Assembly: GCF_009914755.1 (NCBI RefSeq) | Contig: NC_060933.1 | Length of the DNA stretch: 64,000 nt | Origin: the human T2T-CHM13v2.0 reference genome, Homo sapiens | Strand: one strand, 5' to 3' | In this document: piece after piece, positions 13,901 to 28,100 of the stretch | Layout of the letters: each line of letters begins with the position of its first letter | Position numbering within the stretch: the first letter of the stretch is position 1 | Notes under the pieces: generated by a model | Told to the model about the DNA's origin: nothing | Database searches by the model: none | The model's input: the letters and a program-made list of their open reading frames with translations, nothing else | Translations under genes and position numbers: made by a program

Positions 13901-16900
13901 CATTGCAATTGAGTTGAATCCATTGCATTTCATTCCATTCCATTCAATTCCATTCCATTCCGGAAGATTCCATTCCATTGCATTCCATTCCATTCCATTC
14001 CCCTGCACTCGCGTTGATTCCATTCCATTCCATTCCATTCCATTCCAATCCTTTCCGTTCCATTCCATTCCATTCCATTCCATTCCATTCCGTTCCGTTC
14101 CATTCCATTCCATTCCATTCTATTCGGGTTAATTCCATTCCATTCCATTCGATTGCAATCGAGTTGATTCCATTCCATTCCATTCCATTCCATTCCATTC
14201 CTTTGCATTCCATTACGGATGATTCCATTCAATTGCATTCCATTCCATTCCATTCCCCTGTACTCGGGTTGATTCCATTCCATTCCATTCCAATCCATGC
14301 CATTCCACTCGTGTTGATTCCATTCTTTCCTTTCCATTCAAGTTGAATCCATTCCATTGCATTCCATTCCATTCGATTCCATTCTATTGCACTCGGGTTG
14401 ATTCCATTCCATTGCATTCCATTCCATTCCATTCCATTCCATTCCATTCCATTCCATTACATTCGGATTGATTCTATTCAATTCCCTTACACTTCATTAC
14501 ATTCCATTCCATTCGGGTAGTTTCCATTCCATTCCATTCCATTCCTCTCCATTCCATTGCACTCGGGTTGATTCCATTCCATTGCATTCCATTCCATTCC
14601 ATTCCATTCCATTCCATTCCATTCCATTACATTCGGATTGATTTTATTCAACTCCCTTACTCTCCATTACATTCCATTCCATTCGGGTTGTTCCATTCCA
14701 TTCCATTCCATTCCACTCCATTCCATTGCACTCGGGTTGATTCCATTCCATTCCATTCCATTCCATTCCATTCCATTCCATTCCATTCCAATCGAGTTGA
14801 TTCCATTCCATTCCATTCCATTCCATTCCACTCCATTCCAGTCCTTTCCATTCCATTCCACTCGGGTTGATTCCAATGTATTCCTTTCCATTCCATTCCA
14901 TTCCATTGCAATCGAGTTGATTCCATTGCTTTGCATTCCATTCCATTCCATTCCATTCCGGATGATTCCATTCCATTGCATTCCATTCCATTCCATTCAC
15001 CTGCACTCGGGTTGATTCCATTCCATTCCATTCCATGCCGTTCCATTCCATTCCATTCCATTGTATTCGGGTTAATTCCATTCCATTCCATTCCATTCCA
15101 TTCCATTCCATTACAATCGAGTTGATTCCATTCCTTTCCATTCCATTCCAGTCCTTTCCATTCCATTCCACTCGGGTTGATTCCATTCTATTAGTTTCCA
15201 TTCCATTCCATTCCCTTCCATTCCACTCTTGTTGATACCATTCCTTTCCATTCCACTCGAATACATTCCCTCCTATTCCACTCGGAACGATTCCATTCCA
15301 TTCCATTCCATTCCATTCCATTCCATTTCGTTCCATTCCATTCTATTCCGTATCATTCCATTCCATTCCATTCCATTCCATTCCATTAAATTCCATTCCA
15401 TTGTACTCAGGTTGATTCAATTCCATTGCATTCCATTCCATTCCATTCCATTGCACTCGGGTTGATTCCATTCCATTCCATTCCATTCCATTCCATTCCA
15501 TTCCATTCCGGATGATTCCATTCCATTGCATTCCATTCCATTCCCCTGCACTCGGGTTGATTCCATTCCATTCCATTCCATTACATTCCATTCCATTCCA
15601 TTCCGGATGATTCCATTCCATTGCATTCCGTTCCATTACATTCCCCTGCACTCGCGTTGATTCCATTCCATTCCATTCAATTCCATTCCATTACAATTCG
15701 TTCCATTCCATTCTATTCCGTACCATTCCATTCCATTGCATACCATTCCATTCCATTCCATTCCATTCCATTCCATTCCGTTCCATTCCATTCCATTCCA
15801 TTCTATTCGGATTAATTCCATTCCATTCCATTCCATTCCATTCTATTCCATTCCATTGCAATCGAGTTGAATCCATTGCATTTCATTCCATTCCATTCCA
15901 TTCCATTCCTTTCCGGAAGATTCCATTCCATTGCATTCCATTCCATTCCATTCCCCTGCACTCGCGATGATTCCATTCCATTCCATTCCATTCCATTCCA
16001 TTCCGTTCCGTTCCATTCCATTCCATTCCATTCCATTCCATTCCATTCCATTCCGTTCCGTTCCATTCCATTCCATTCCATTCTATTCGGGTTAATTCCA
16101 TTCCATTCCATTCGATTTCAATCGAGTTGATTCCATTCCATTCTATTCCATTCCATTCCATTCCATTCCATTCCTTTCCATTCCATTACGGATGATTCCA
16201 TTCCATTGCATTCCATTCCATTCCATTCCCCTGTACTCGGGTTGATTCCATTCCATTCTATTCCAATCCATGCCATTCCACTCGTGTTGATTCCATTCTT
16301 TCCATTCCATTCAAGTTGAATCCATTCCATTGCATTCCATTCCATTCCATTCCCCTGCAGTCGGGTTGATTCCATTCCATTCCATTCCATTCCATTCTAT
16401 TCCATTCCATTCCGTTCCGTTCCGTTCCATTCCATTCCATTCCATTCTATTCGGGTTAATTCCAATTCCATTCCATTCCATTCCATTCCAATCGAGTTGC
16501 TTCCATTCCATTCCATTCCATTCCATTCCACTCCATTCCAGTCCTTTCCATTCCATTCCACTCGGGTTGATTCCAATGTATTCCTTTCAATTCCATTCCA
16601 TTCCTTTGCAATCGAGTTGATTCCATTGCTTTGCATTCCATTCCATTCCATTCCATTCCGGATGATTCCATTCCATTGCATTCCATTCCATTCCATTCCC
16701 CTGCACTCCGGTTGATTCCATTCCGTTCCACTCCATTCCGTTCCATTCCATTCCATTCCATTGTATTCGGGTTAATTCCATTCCATTCCTTTCCATTCCA
16801 TTCCATTCCATTCCCCTGCACTCGCGTTGATTCCATTCCATTCCATTCCATTCCATTCCATTCAATTCCATTCCATTACAATTCGTTCCATTCCATTCCA

Positions 16901-17760
16901 TTCCATACCATTCCATTCCATTCCATTCCGTTCCATTCCGTTCCATTCCATTCCATTCCATTCTATTCGGATTAATTCCATTCCATTCCATTCCGTTCCA
17001 TTCTATTCCATTCCATTGCAATTGAGTTGAATCCATTGCATTTCATTCCATTCCATTCAATTCCATTCCATTCCGGAAGATTCCATTCCATTGCATTCCA
17101 TTCCATTCCATTCCCCTGCACTCGCGTTGATTCCATTCCATTCCATTCCATTCCATTCCACTCCTTTCCGTTCCGTTCCATTCCATTCCATTCCATTCCA
17201 TTCCATTCCATTCCATTCCGTTCCATTCCATTCCATTCCATTCCATTCTATTCGGGTTAATTCCATTCCATTCCATTCGATTGCAATCGAGTTGATTCCA
17301 TTCCATTCCATTCCATTCCATTCCATTCCTTTCCATTCTATTACGGATGATTCCATTCCATTGCATTCCATTCCATTCCATTCCCCTGTACTCGGGTTGA
17401 TTCCATTCCATTCCATTCCAATCCATGCCATTCCACTCGTGTTGATTCCATTCTTTCCTTTCCATTCAAGTTGAATCCTTTCCATTGCATTCCATTCCAT
17501 TCGATTCCATTCTATTGCACTCGGGTTGATTCCATTCCATTCCATTCCATTCCATTCCATTCCATTCCATTCCGTTCCATTCCATTCCATTACATTCGGA
17601 TTGATTCTATTCAATTCCCTTACACTTCATTACATTCCATTCCATTCGGGTAGTTTCCATTCCATTCCATTCCATTCCTCTCCATTCCATTGCACTCGGG
17701 TTGATTCCATTCCATTGCATTCCATTCCATTCCATTCCATTCCATTCCGTTCCATTCCAT
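10960..17760 (+). repeat. Tandem duplication of a ~3.1-3.5-kb unit (about 10960-14450 and 14450-17600)
   Basis: Shared private variants: ACTCTTGTTGATACC (about 11743/15224), CCTTTCCGGAAG (12426/15908), GCAATTGAG (about 13905/17018) and ACACTTCATTAC (about 14489/17622). Confidence 0.85.
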
Positions 17761-19060
17761 TCCATTACATTCGGATTGATTCTATTCAACTCCCTTACTC
17801 TCCATTACATTCCATTCCATTTCGGTTGTTCCATGCCATTCCATTCCATTCCACTCCATTCCATTGCACTCGGGTTGATTCCATTCCATTCCATTCCATT
17901 CCATTCCATTCCATTTCATTCCATTCCGGAAGATTCCATTCCATTGCATTCCATTCCATTCCATTCCCCAGCACTCGCGTTGATTCCATTCCATTCCATT
18001 CTATTCCATTCCATTCCCTTCCTTTCCGTTCCATTCCATTCCATTCTATTCGGGTTAATTCCATTCCATTCCATTGGATTGCAATCGAGTTGATTCCATT
18101 CCATTCCATTCCATTCCATTCCATTCCATTCCATTCCTTCCCATTCCATTACGGACGATTCCATTCCATTGCATTCCATTCCATGCCATTCCCCTGTACT
18201 CGGTTTGATTCCATTCCATTTCATTCCAATCCATGCCCTTCCACTCGTGTTGATTCCATTCTTTCCATTCCATTCAAGTTGAATCCATTCCATTGCATTC
18301 CATTCCATTCGATTCCATTCGATTGCATTCGGGTTGATTCCATTCCATTGCATTCCATTCCATTCCATTCCATTCCATTCCATTCCATTCCGTTCCATTC
18401 CATTCCATTACATTCGGATTGATTCTATTCAATTCCCTTACACTCCATTACATTCCATTCCACTCGGGTAGTTTCCATTCCATTCCATTCCATTCCTCTC
18501 TATTCCATTGAACTCGGGTTGATTCCATTCCATTGCATTCCATTCCATTCCATTCAATTCAATTCCGTTCCATTCCATTCCATTACATTCGGATTGATTC
18601 TATTCAACTCCCTTACTCTCCATTATATTCCATTCCATTCGGGTTGTTCCATTCCATTCCATTCCATTCCATTCCATTCCATTGCACTCGGGTTTATTCC
18701 ATTCCATTCCATTCCATTCCATTCCATTCCATTCCATTCCATTCCATTCCGGAAGATTCCATTCCATTGCATTCCATTCCATTCCATTCCCCTGCACTCG
18801 CGTTGATTCCATTCCATTCCATTCCATTCCATTCCTTTCCGTTCCATTCCATTCCATTCCATTCCATTCCAATCCATTCCATTCCGTTCCGTTCCGTTCC
18901 ATTCCATTCCATTCCATTCTATTCGGGTTAATTCCATTCCATTCCATTCGATTGCAATCGAGTTGATTCCATTCCATTCCATTCCATTCCATTCCATTCC
19001 ATTCCATTCCATTCCTTACCATTCCATTACGGATGATTCCATTCCATTGCATTCCATTCC

Positions 19061-19217
19061 ATTCCATTCCCCTGTACTCGGGTTGATTCCATTCCATTCC
19101 ATTCCAATCCATGCCATTCCACTCGTGTTGATTCCATTCTTTCCATTCCATTCAAGTTGAATCCATTCCATTGCATTCCATTCCATTCGATTCCATTCGA
19201 TTGCACTCGGGTTGATT
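19061..19217 (-). repeat. pHuR98-like SatIII block (module D), representative copy; about 40 related copies in the window
   Basis: The minus strand reads AATCAACCCGAGTGCAATCGAATGGAATCGAATGG...GGATTCAACTTGAATGGAATGGAAAGAATGGAATCAACACGAGTGGAATGGCATGGATTGG...AATCAACCCGAGTACAGG. This matches my memory of the chr9 SatIII clone pHuR98; it was not aligned. The TTCAAGTTGA marker recurs at about 1150, 5414, 9828, 12783, 16310, 22566, 30213, 37660, 45218, 53141, 57017, 61710 and elsewhere. Confidence 0.75.
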
Positions 19218-22200
19218 CCATTCCATTGCATTCCATTCCATTCCATTCCATTCCATTCCATTCCGTTCCATTCCATTCCATTACATTCGGATTGATTCTA
19301 TTCAATTCCCTTACACTCCATTACATTCCATTCCATTCGGGTAGTTTCCATTCCATTCCATTCCATTCCTCTCCATTCCATTGAACTCGGGTTGATTCCA
19401 TTCCATTGCATTCCATTCCATTCCATTCAATTCCATTCCGTTCCATTCCATTCCATTACATTCGGATTTATTCTATTCAACTCCCTTACTCTCCATTTCA
19501 TTCCATTCCATTCGGGTTGTTCCATTCCATTCCATTCCATTCCACTCCATTCCATTGCACTCGGGTTTATTCCATTCCATTCCATTCCATTCCATTCCAT
19601 TCCATTCCAATCGAGTTGATTCCATTCCATTGCATTCCATTCCATTCCATTCCCCTGCACTCGCGTTGATTCCATTCCATTCCATTCCATTCCATTCCAT
19701 TCCATTCCTTTCCGTTCCATTCCATTCCATTCCATTCCAATCCATTCCATTCCTTTCCGTTCCGTTCCATTCCATTCCATTCCATTCTATTCGGTTTAAT
19801 TCCATTCCATTCCATTCGATTGCAATCGAGTTGATTCCATTCCATTCCATTCCATTCCATTCCATTCCATTCCTTTCCATTCCATTACGGATGTTTCCAT
19901 TCCATTGCATTCCATTCCATTCCATTCCCCTGTACTCGGGTTGATTCCATTCCATTCCATTCCAATCCATGCCATTCCACTCGTGTTGATTCCATTCTTT
20001 CCATTCCATTCAAGTTGAATCCATTCCATTGCATTCCATTCAATTCCATTCCCCTGCAGTCGGGTTGTTTCCATTCCATTCCATTCCATTCCATTCCATT
20101 CCATTCCGTTCCATTCTTTTCCGTTCCATTCCATTCCATTCCATTCTATTCGGGTTAATTCCATTCCATTCCATTCCATTCCATTCCATTCCATTCCATT
20201 CCATTCCATTCGAGTTGATTCCATTCCATTCCATTCCATTCCATTCCACTCCATTCCAGTCCTTTCCATTCCATTCCACTCGGGTTGATTCCAATGTATT
20301 CCTTTCCATTCCATTCCATTCCATTGCAATGGAGTTGATTCCATTGCTTTGCATTCCATTGCATTCCATTCCATTCCGGATGATTCCATTCCATTGCATT
20401 CCATTCCATTCCATTCCCCAGCACTCGGGTTGATTACATTCCATTCCACTCCATTCCGTTCCATTCCATTCCATTGCATTGTATTCGGGTTAATTCCATT
20501 CCATTCCATTCCTTTCCATTCCATTCCATTACAATCGAGTTGATTCCATTCCATTCCATTCCATTCCAGTCCTTTCCATTCCATTCCTCTCGGGTTGATT
20601 CCATTCTATTAGTTTACATTCCATTCCATTCCCTTCCATTCCACTCTGGTTGATTCCATTCCTTTCCATTCCACTCGAATACATTCCCTCCTATTCCACT
20701 CAGAACGATTCCATTCCATTCCATTCCATTCCATTCCATTCCATTTCGTTCCATTCCATTCTATTCCGTATCATTCCATTCCATTCCATTCGATTCCATT
20801 CCATTCCATTCCATTCCATTCCATTCCATTGTACTCAGGTTGATTCAATTCCATTGCATTCCATTCCATTCCATTCCATTCCATTCCATTCCATTCCGTT
20901 GCATTCCATTCCATTACATTCGGATTGATTCTATTCAACTCCCTTACTCTCCATTACATTCCATTCTATTCGGGTTGTTCCATTCCATTCCATTCCATTC
21001 CACTCCATTCCATTGCAGTCGGGTTGATTCCATTCCATTCCATTGCATTCCATTCCATTCCATTCCATTCCGTTCCGGATGATTCCATTCCATTGCATTC
21101 CGTTCCATTACATTCCCCTGCACTCGGGTTTATTCCATTCCATTGCATTCCATTCCATTCCATTCCATTCCATTCCATTCCATTCCATTCCATTCCGTTC
21201 CATTCCATTACATTCGGATTGATTCTATTCAACTCCCTTACTCTCCATTACATTCCATTCCATTCGGGTTGTTCCATTCCATTCCATTCCATTCCACTCC
21301 ATTCCATTGCGCTCGGGTTGATTCCATTCCATTCCATTCCATTCCATTCCATTCCATTCCATTCCGGATGATTCCATTCCATTGCATTCCGTTCCATTAC
21401 ATTCCCCTGCACTCGGGTTGATTCCATTCCATTCCATTCCTTTCCATTCGATTCCATTCCATTCCAATTCTTTCCATTCCATTCTATTCCGTACCATTAC
21501 ATTACATTCCATACAATTCCATTCCATTCCATTCCACTCTGTTCCGTTCCGTTCCGTTCTGTTCCGTTCCATTCCATTCCATTCCATTCTATTCGGTTTA
21601 ATTCCATTCCATTCCATTCCATTCCATTCCATTCCATTCCATTCCATTCTATTCCATTCCATTGCAATCGAGTTGAATCCATTGCATTCCATTCCATTCC
21701 ATTCCATTCCATTCCATTCAATTCCGGAAGATTCCATTCCATTGCATTCCATTCCATTCCATTCCATTCCATTCCATTCCATTCCATTCCATTGTACTCG
21801 GGTTGATTCCATTCCATTGCATTCCATTCCATTCCATTCCATTCCATTCCATTCCATTCCATTCCATTCCATTCCGGATGATTCCATTCCATTGCATTCC
21901 GTTCCATTACATTCCCCTGCACTCGCGTTGATTCCATTCCATTCCATTCCATTCCATTCAATTCCATTCCATTACAATTCGTTCCATTCCATTCTATTCC
22001 GTACCATTCCATTCCATTCCATACCATTCCATTCCATTCCATTCCATTCCATTCCATTCCGTTCCATTCCGTTCCATTCCATTCCATTCCATTCTATTCG
22101 GATTAATTCCATTCCATTCCATTCCATTCCATTCTATTCCATTCCATTGAAATCGAGTTGAATCCATTGCATTTCATTCCATTCCATTCCATTCCATTCC

Positions 22201-24010
22201 ATTCCGGAAGATTCCATTCCATTGCATTCCATTCCATTCCATTCCCCTGCACTCGCGTTGATTCCATTCCATTCCATTCCATTCCATTCCGTTCCATTCC
22301 ATTCCATTCCATTCCGTTCCATTCCATTCCATTCCATTCCATTCTATTCGGGTTAATTCCATTCCATTCCATTCGATTGCAATCGAGTTGATTCCATTCC
22401 ATTCCATTCCATTCCATTCCATTCCATTCCTTTCCATTCCATTACGGATGATTCCATTCCATTGCATTCCATTCCATTCCATTCCCCTGTACTCAGGTTG
22501 ATTCCATTCCATTCCATTCCAATCCATGCCATTCCACTCGTGTTGATTCCATTCTTTCCATTCCATTCAAGTTGAATCCATTCCATTGCATTCCATTCAA
22601 TTCGATTCCATTCGATTGCACTCGGGTTGATTCCATTCCATTGCATTCCATTCCATTCCATTCCATTCCATTCCATTCCATTCCATTCCGTTCCATTCCA
22701 TTCCTTTACATTCGGAGTGATTCTATTCAATTCCCATACACTCCATTACATTCCATTCCATTCGGGTAGTTTCCATTCCATTCCATTCCATTCCTCTCCA
22801 TTGCATTGCAATCGGGTTGATTCCATTCCATTGCATTCCATTCCATTCCATTCCATTCCATTCCGTTCCATTCCATTCCATTACATTCGGATTCATTCTA
22901 TTCAACTCCCTTACTCTCCATTACATTCCATTCCATTCGGGTTGTTCCATTCCATTCCATTCCATTCCACTCCATTCCATTGCACTCGGGTTGATTCCAT
23001 TCCATTCCATTCCATTCCATTCCATTCCGGAAGATTCCATTCCATTGCATTCCATTCCATTCCATTCCATTGCACTCGCGTTGATTCCATTCCATTCCAT
23101 TCCATTCCATTCCATTCCATTCCTTTCCGTTCCATTCCATTCCATTCCATTCCAATCCATTCCATTCCGTTCCGTTCCGTTCCATTCCATTCCATTCCAT
23201 TCTATTCGGGTTAATTCCATTCGATTCCATTCGATTGCAATCGAGTTGATTCCATTCCATTCCATTCCATTCCATTCCATTCCTTTGCATTCCATTACGG
23301 ATGATTCCATTCAATTGCATTCCATTCCATTCCATTCCCCTGTACTCGGGTTGATTCCATTCCATTCCATTCCAATCCATGCCATTCCACTCGTGTTGAT
23401 TCCATTCTTTCCTTTCCATTCAAGTTGAATCCATTCCATTGCATTCCATTCCATTCGATTCCATTCTATTGCACTCGGGTTGATTCCATTCCATTGCATT
23501 CCATTCCATTCCATTCCATTCCATTCCATTCCATTCCATTCCGTTCCATTCCATTCCATTACATTCGGATTTATTCTATTCAACTCCGTTACTCTCCATT
23601 ATATTCCATTCCATTCGGGTTGTTCCATTCCATTCCATTCCATTCCACTCCATTCCAATCGAGTTGATTCCATTCCATTGCATTCCATTCCATTCCATTC
23701 CCCTGCACTCGCGTTGATTCCATTCCATTCCATTCCATTCCATTCCATTCCATTCCTTTCCGTTCCATTCCATTCCATTCCATTCCAATCCATTCCATTC
23801 CTTTCCGTTCCGTTCCATTCCATTCCATTCCATTCTATTCGGGTTAATTCCATTCCATTCCATTCGATTGCAATCGAGTTGATTCCATTGCATTCCATTC
23901 CATTCCATTCCATTCCATTCCTTTCCATTCCATTACGGATGATTCCATTCCATTGCATTCCATTCCATTCCATTCCCCTGTACTCGGGTTGATTCCATTC
24001 CATTCCATTC

Positions 24011-24098
24011 CAATCCATGCCATTCCACTCGTGTTGATTCCATTCTTTCCATTCCAATCCATGCCATTCCACTCGTGTTGATTCCATTCTTTCCATTC
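24011..24098 (+). repeat. 44-bp tandem duplication inside module D
   Basis: CAATCCATGCCATTCCACTCGTGTTGATTCCATTCTTTCCATTC occurs at 24011 and again at 24055. Confidence 0.9.
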
Positions 24099-25139
24099 CA
24101 TTCAAGTTGAATCCATTCCATTGCATTCCATTCCATTCCATTCCCCTGCAGTCGGGTTGTTTCCATTCCATTCCATTCCATTCCATTCAATTCCATTCCG
24201 TTCCGTTCCATTCCATTCCATTCCATTCTATTCGGGTTAATTCCATTCCATTCCATTCCATTCCATTCCATTCCATTCGAGTTGATTCCATTCCATTCCA
24301 TTCCATTCCACTCCATTCCAGTCCTTTCCATTCCATTCCACTCGGGTTGATTCCAATGTATTCCTTTCCATTGCATTCCATTCCGTTGCAATGGAGTTGA
24401 TTCCATTGCTTTGCATTCCATTGCATTCCATTCCATTCCGGATGATTCCATTCCATTGCATTCCATTCCATTCCATTCCCCTGCACTCGGGTTGATTCCA
24501 TTCCATTCCACTCCATTCCGTTCCATTCCATTCCATTGCATTGTATTCGGGTTAATTCCATTCCATTCCATTCCTTTCCATTCCATTCCATTACAATCGA
24601 GTTGATTCCATTCCATTCCATTCCATTCCAGTCCTTTCCATTCCATTCCTCTCGGGTTGATTCCATTCTATTAGTTTACATTCCTTTCCATTCCCTTCCA
24701 TTCCACTCTGGTTGATTCCATTCCTTTCCATTCCACTCGAATACATTCCCTCCTATTCCACTCAGAACGATTCCATTCCATTCCATTCCATTCCATTCCA
24801 TTCCATTTCGTTCCATTCCATTCTATTCCGTATCATTCCATTCCATTCCATTCCATTCCATTCCATTCCATTCCATTCCATTCCATTCCATTGTACTCAT
24901 GTTGATTCAATTCCATTGCATTCCATTCCATTCCATTCCATTCCATTCCGTTGCATTCCATTCCATTACATTCGGATTGATTGTATTCAACTCCCTTACT
25001 CTCCATTACATTCCATTCCATTCGGGTTGTTCCATTCCATTCCACTCCATTCCATTGCACTCGGGTTGATTCCATTCCATTCCATTCCATTCCATTCCAT
25101 TCCATTCCGGATGATTCCATTCCATTGCATTCCATTCCA

Positions 25140-28100
25140 TTCCATTCCGTTCCATTCCATTCCATTACATTCGGATTGATTCTATTCAATTCCCTTACAC
25201 TCCATTACATTCCATTCCATTCGGGTAGTTTCCATTCCATTCCATTCCATTCCTCTCCATTCCATTGCACTCGGGTTGATTCCATTCCATTTCATTCCAT
25301 TCCATTCAATTCAATTCCATTCCGTTCCATTCCATTCTTTACATTCGGATTGATTCTATTCAACTCCCTTACTCTCCATTACATTCCATTCCATTCGGGT
25401 TGTTCCATTCCATTCCATTCCATTCCACTCCATTCCATTGCACTCGGGTTGATTCCATTCCATTCCATTCCATTCCATTCCATTCCGTTGCATTCCATTC
25501 CATTACGTTCGGATTGATTCTATTCAACTCCCTTACTCTCCATTACATTCCATTCCTTTCGGGTTGTTCCATTCCATTCCATTCCATTCCACTGCATTCC
25601 ATTGCACTCGGGTTGATTCCATTCCATTCCATTACATTCCATTCCATTCCATTCCATTCCATTCCGGATGATTGCATTCCATTGCATTCTGTTCCATTAC
25701 ATTCCCCTGCACTCGCGTTGATTCCATTCCATTCCATTCCATTCCATTCAATTCCATTCCATTACAATTCGTTCCATTCCATTCTATTCCGTACCATTCC
25801 ATTCCATTCCATACCATTCCATTCCATTCCGTTCCATTCCATTCCATTCCATTCTATTCAGGTTAATTCCATTCCATTCCATTCCATTCCATTCCATTCC
25901 ATTCTATTCCATTCCATTGCAATCGAGTTGAATCCATTGCATTTCATTCCATTCCATTCCATTCCACTCCATTCCATTGCACTCGGGTTCATTCCATTCC
26001 ATTCCATTCCATTCCATTCCGGATGATTCCATTCCATTGCATTCCGTTCCATTACATTCCCCTGCACTCGGGTTGATTCCATTCCATTCCATTCCATTCC
26101 ATTCCATTCCATTCCATTCCATTCCGTTCCGTTCCATTCCATTCCATTCCATTCTATTCGGGTTAATTCCATTCCATTCCATTCGATTGCAATGGAGTTG
26201 ATTCCATTCCATACCATTCCATTCCATTCCATTCCATTCCATTCCATTCCTTTCCATTACATTACGGATGATTCCATTCCATTTCTTTCCATTCCATTAC
26301 ATTCCCCTGTACTCGGGTTGATTCCATTCCATTCCATTCCAATCCATGCCATTCCGCTCGTGTTGATTCCATTCTTTCCATTCCATTCAAGATGAATCCA
26401 TTCCATTACATTCCATTCCATTCGATTCCATTCGATTGCCCTCATGTTGATTCCATGGCATTGCATTCCATTCCATTCCATTCCATTCCATTCCATTCCA
26501 TTCCATTCCATTCCTTTCCATTCCATTCCATTCCATTCCATTCCATTCCATTCCTTTCCATTACATTACGGATGATTCCATTCCATTGCATTCCTTTCCA
26601 TTCCATTCCCCTGTACTCGGGTTGATTCCATTCCATTCCATTCCATTCCATGCCATTCCACTCGTGTTGATTCCATTCTTTCCATTCCATTCAAGTTGAA
26701 TCCATTGCATTGCATTCCATTCCATTCGATTCCAGTCGATTGCACTCGGGTTGATTCCATTCCATTGCATTCCATTCCATTCCAGTCCATTCTGTTCCAT
26801 TCCATTCCATTACATTCGGATTGATTCTATTCAATTCCCTTACACTCCATTACATTCCATTCCATTCGGGTAGTTTCCATTCCATTCCATTCCATGCCTC
26901 TCCATTCCATTGCACTCGGGTTGATTCCATTCCATTCCATTCCATTCCATTCCATTCCATTCCATTCCATTCCATTACGGATGATTCCATTCCATTGCAT
27001 TACATTCCATTCCATTCCCCTGTACTCGGGCTGATTCCATTCCATTCCATTCCATACCATTCCATTCCATTCCATTCCATTCCATTCCGTTCCATTCCGT
27101 TCCATTCCATTCCATTCCATTCTATTCGTGTTAATTCCTTTCCATTCTATTCCATTCCAGTCCATTGAAATCGAGTTGATTCCATTCCATTCCATTCCAT
27201 TCCATTCCGGATGTTTCCATTCCATTGCATTCCATTCCATTCCATTCCCCTGCACTCGGATGGATTCCATTCCATTCCATTACATTACATTACGTTCCAT
27301 TCCGTTCCATTCTATTCTATTCGGGTTAATTCCATTCCATTCCATTCCACTCCATTCCATTCCATTCTATTCGGGTTAATTCCATTCCATAACATTCCAT
27401 TCCATTCCAATCGAGTTGATTCCATTCCATTCCATTCCATTTCACTCAATTCCAGTCCTTTCCATTCCATTCCACTCGGGTTGATTCCATTCTATTCCTT
27501 TCCATTCCATTCCATTCCATTGCAATCGAGTTGATTCCATTGCTTTGCATTCCATTCCATTCCATTCCATTCCGGATGATTCCTTTCCATTGCATTCCAT
27601 TCCATTCCATTCCCCTGCACTCGGGTTGATTCCATTCCATTCCACTCCATTCCATTGCATTCCATTCCATTCCATTGTATTCGGGTTGATTCCATTGCAT
27701 TCCTTTCCATTCCATTCCATTCCATTCCATTCCATTACAATCGAGTTGATTCCATTCCATTCCATTCCATTCCAGTGCTTTCCATTCCATTCCACTCGGG
27801 TTGATTCCATTGTATTAGTTTCCATTCGATTCCATTCCCTTCCATTCCACTCTGGTTGATTCCATTCCTTTCCATTCCACTCGAATACATTCCCTCCTAT
27901 TCCACTCGGAACGATTCCATTCCATTCCATTCCATTCCATTCCATTCCATTTCGTTCCATTCCATTCTATTCCGTACCATTCCATTCCATTCCATTCCAT
28001 TCCATTCCATTCCATTCCACTCGTGTTGATTCCATTGCTTTCCATTCCATTCGGTTTGAAGGCATTCCATTCCATTCAATTCCATTCCATTCCATTCCAT

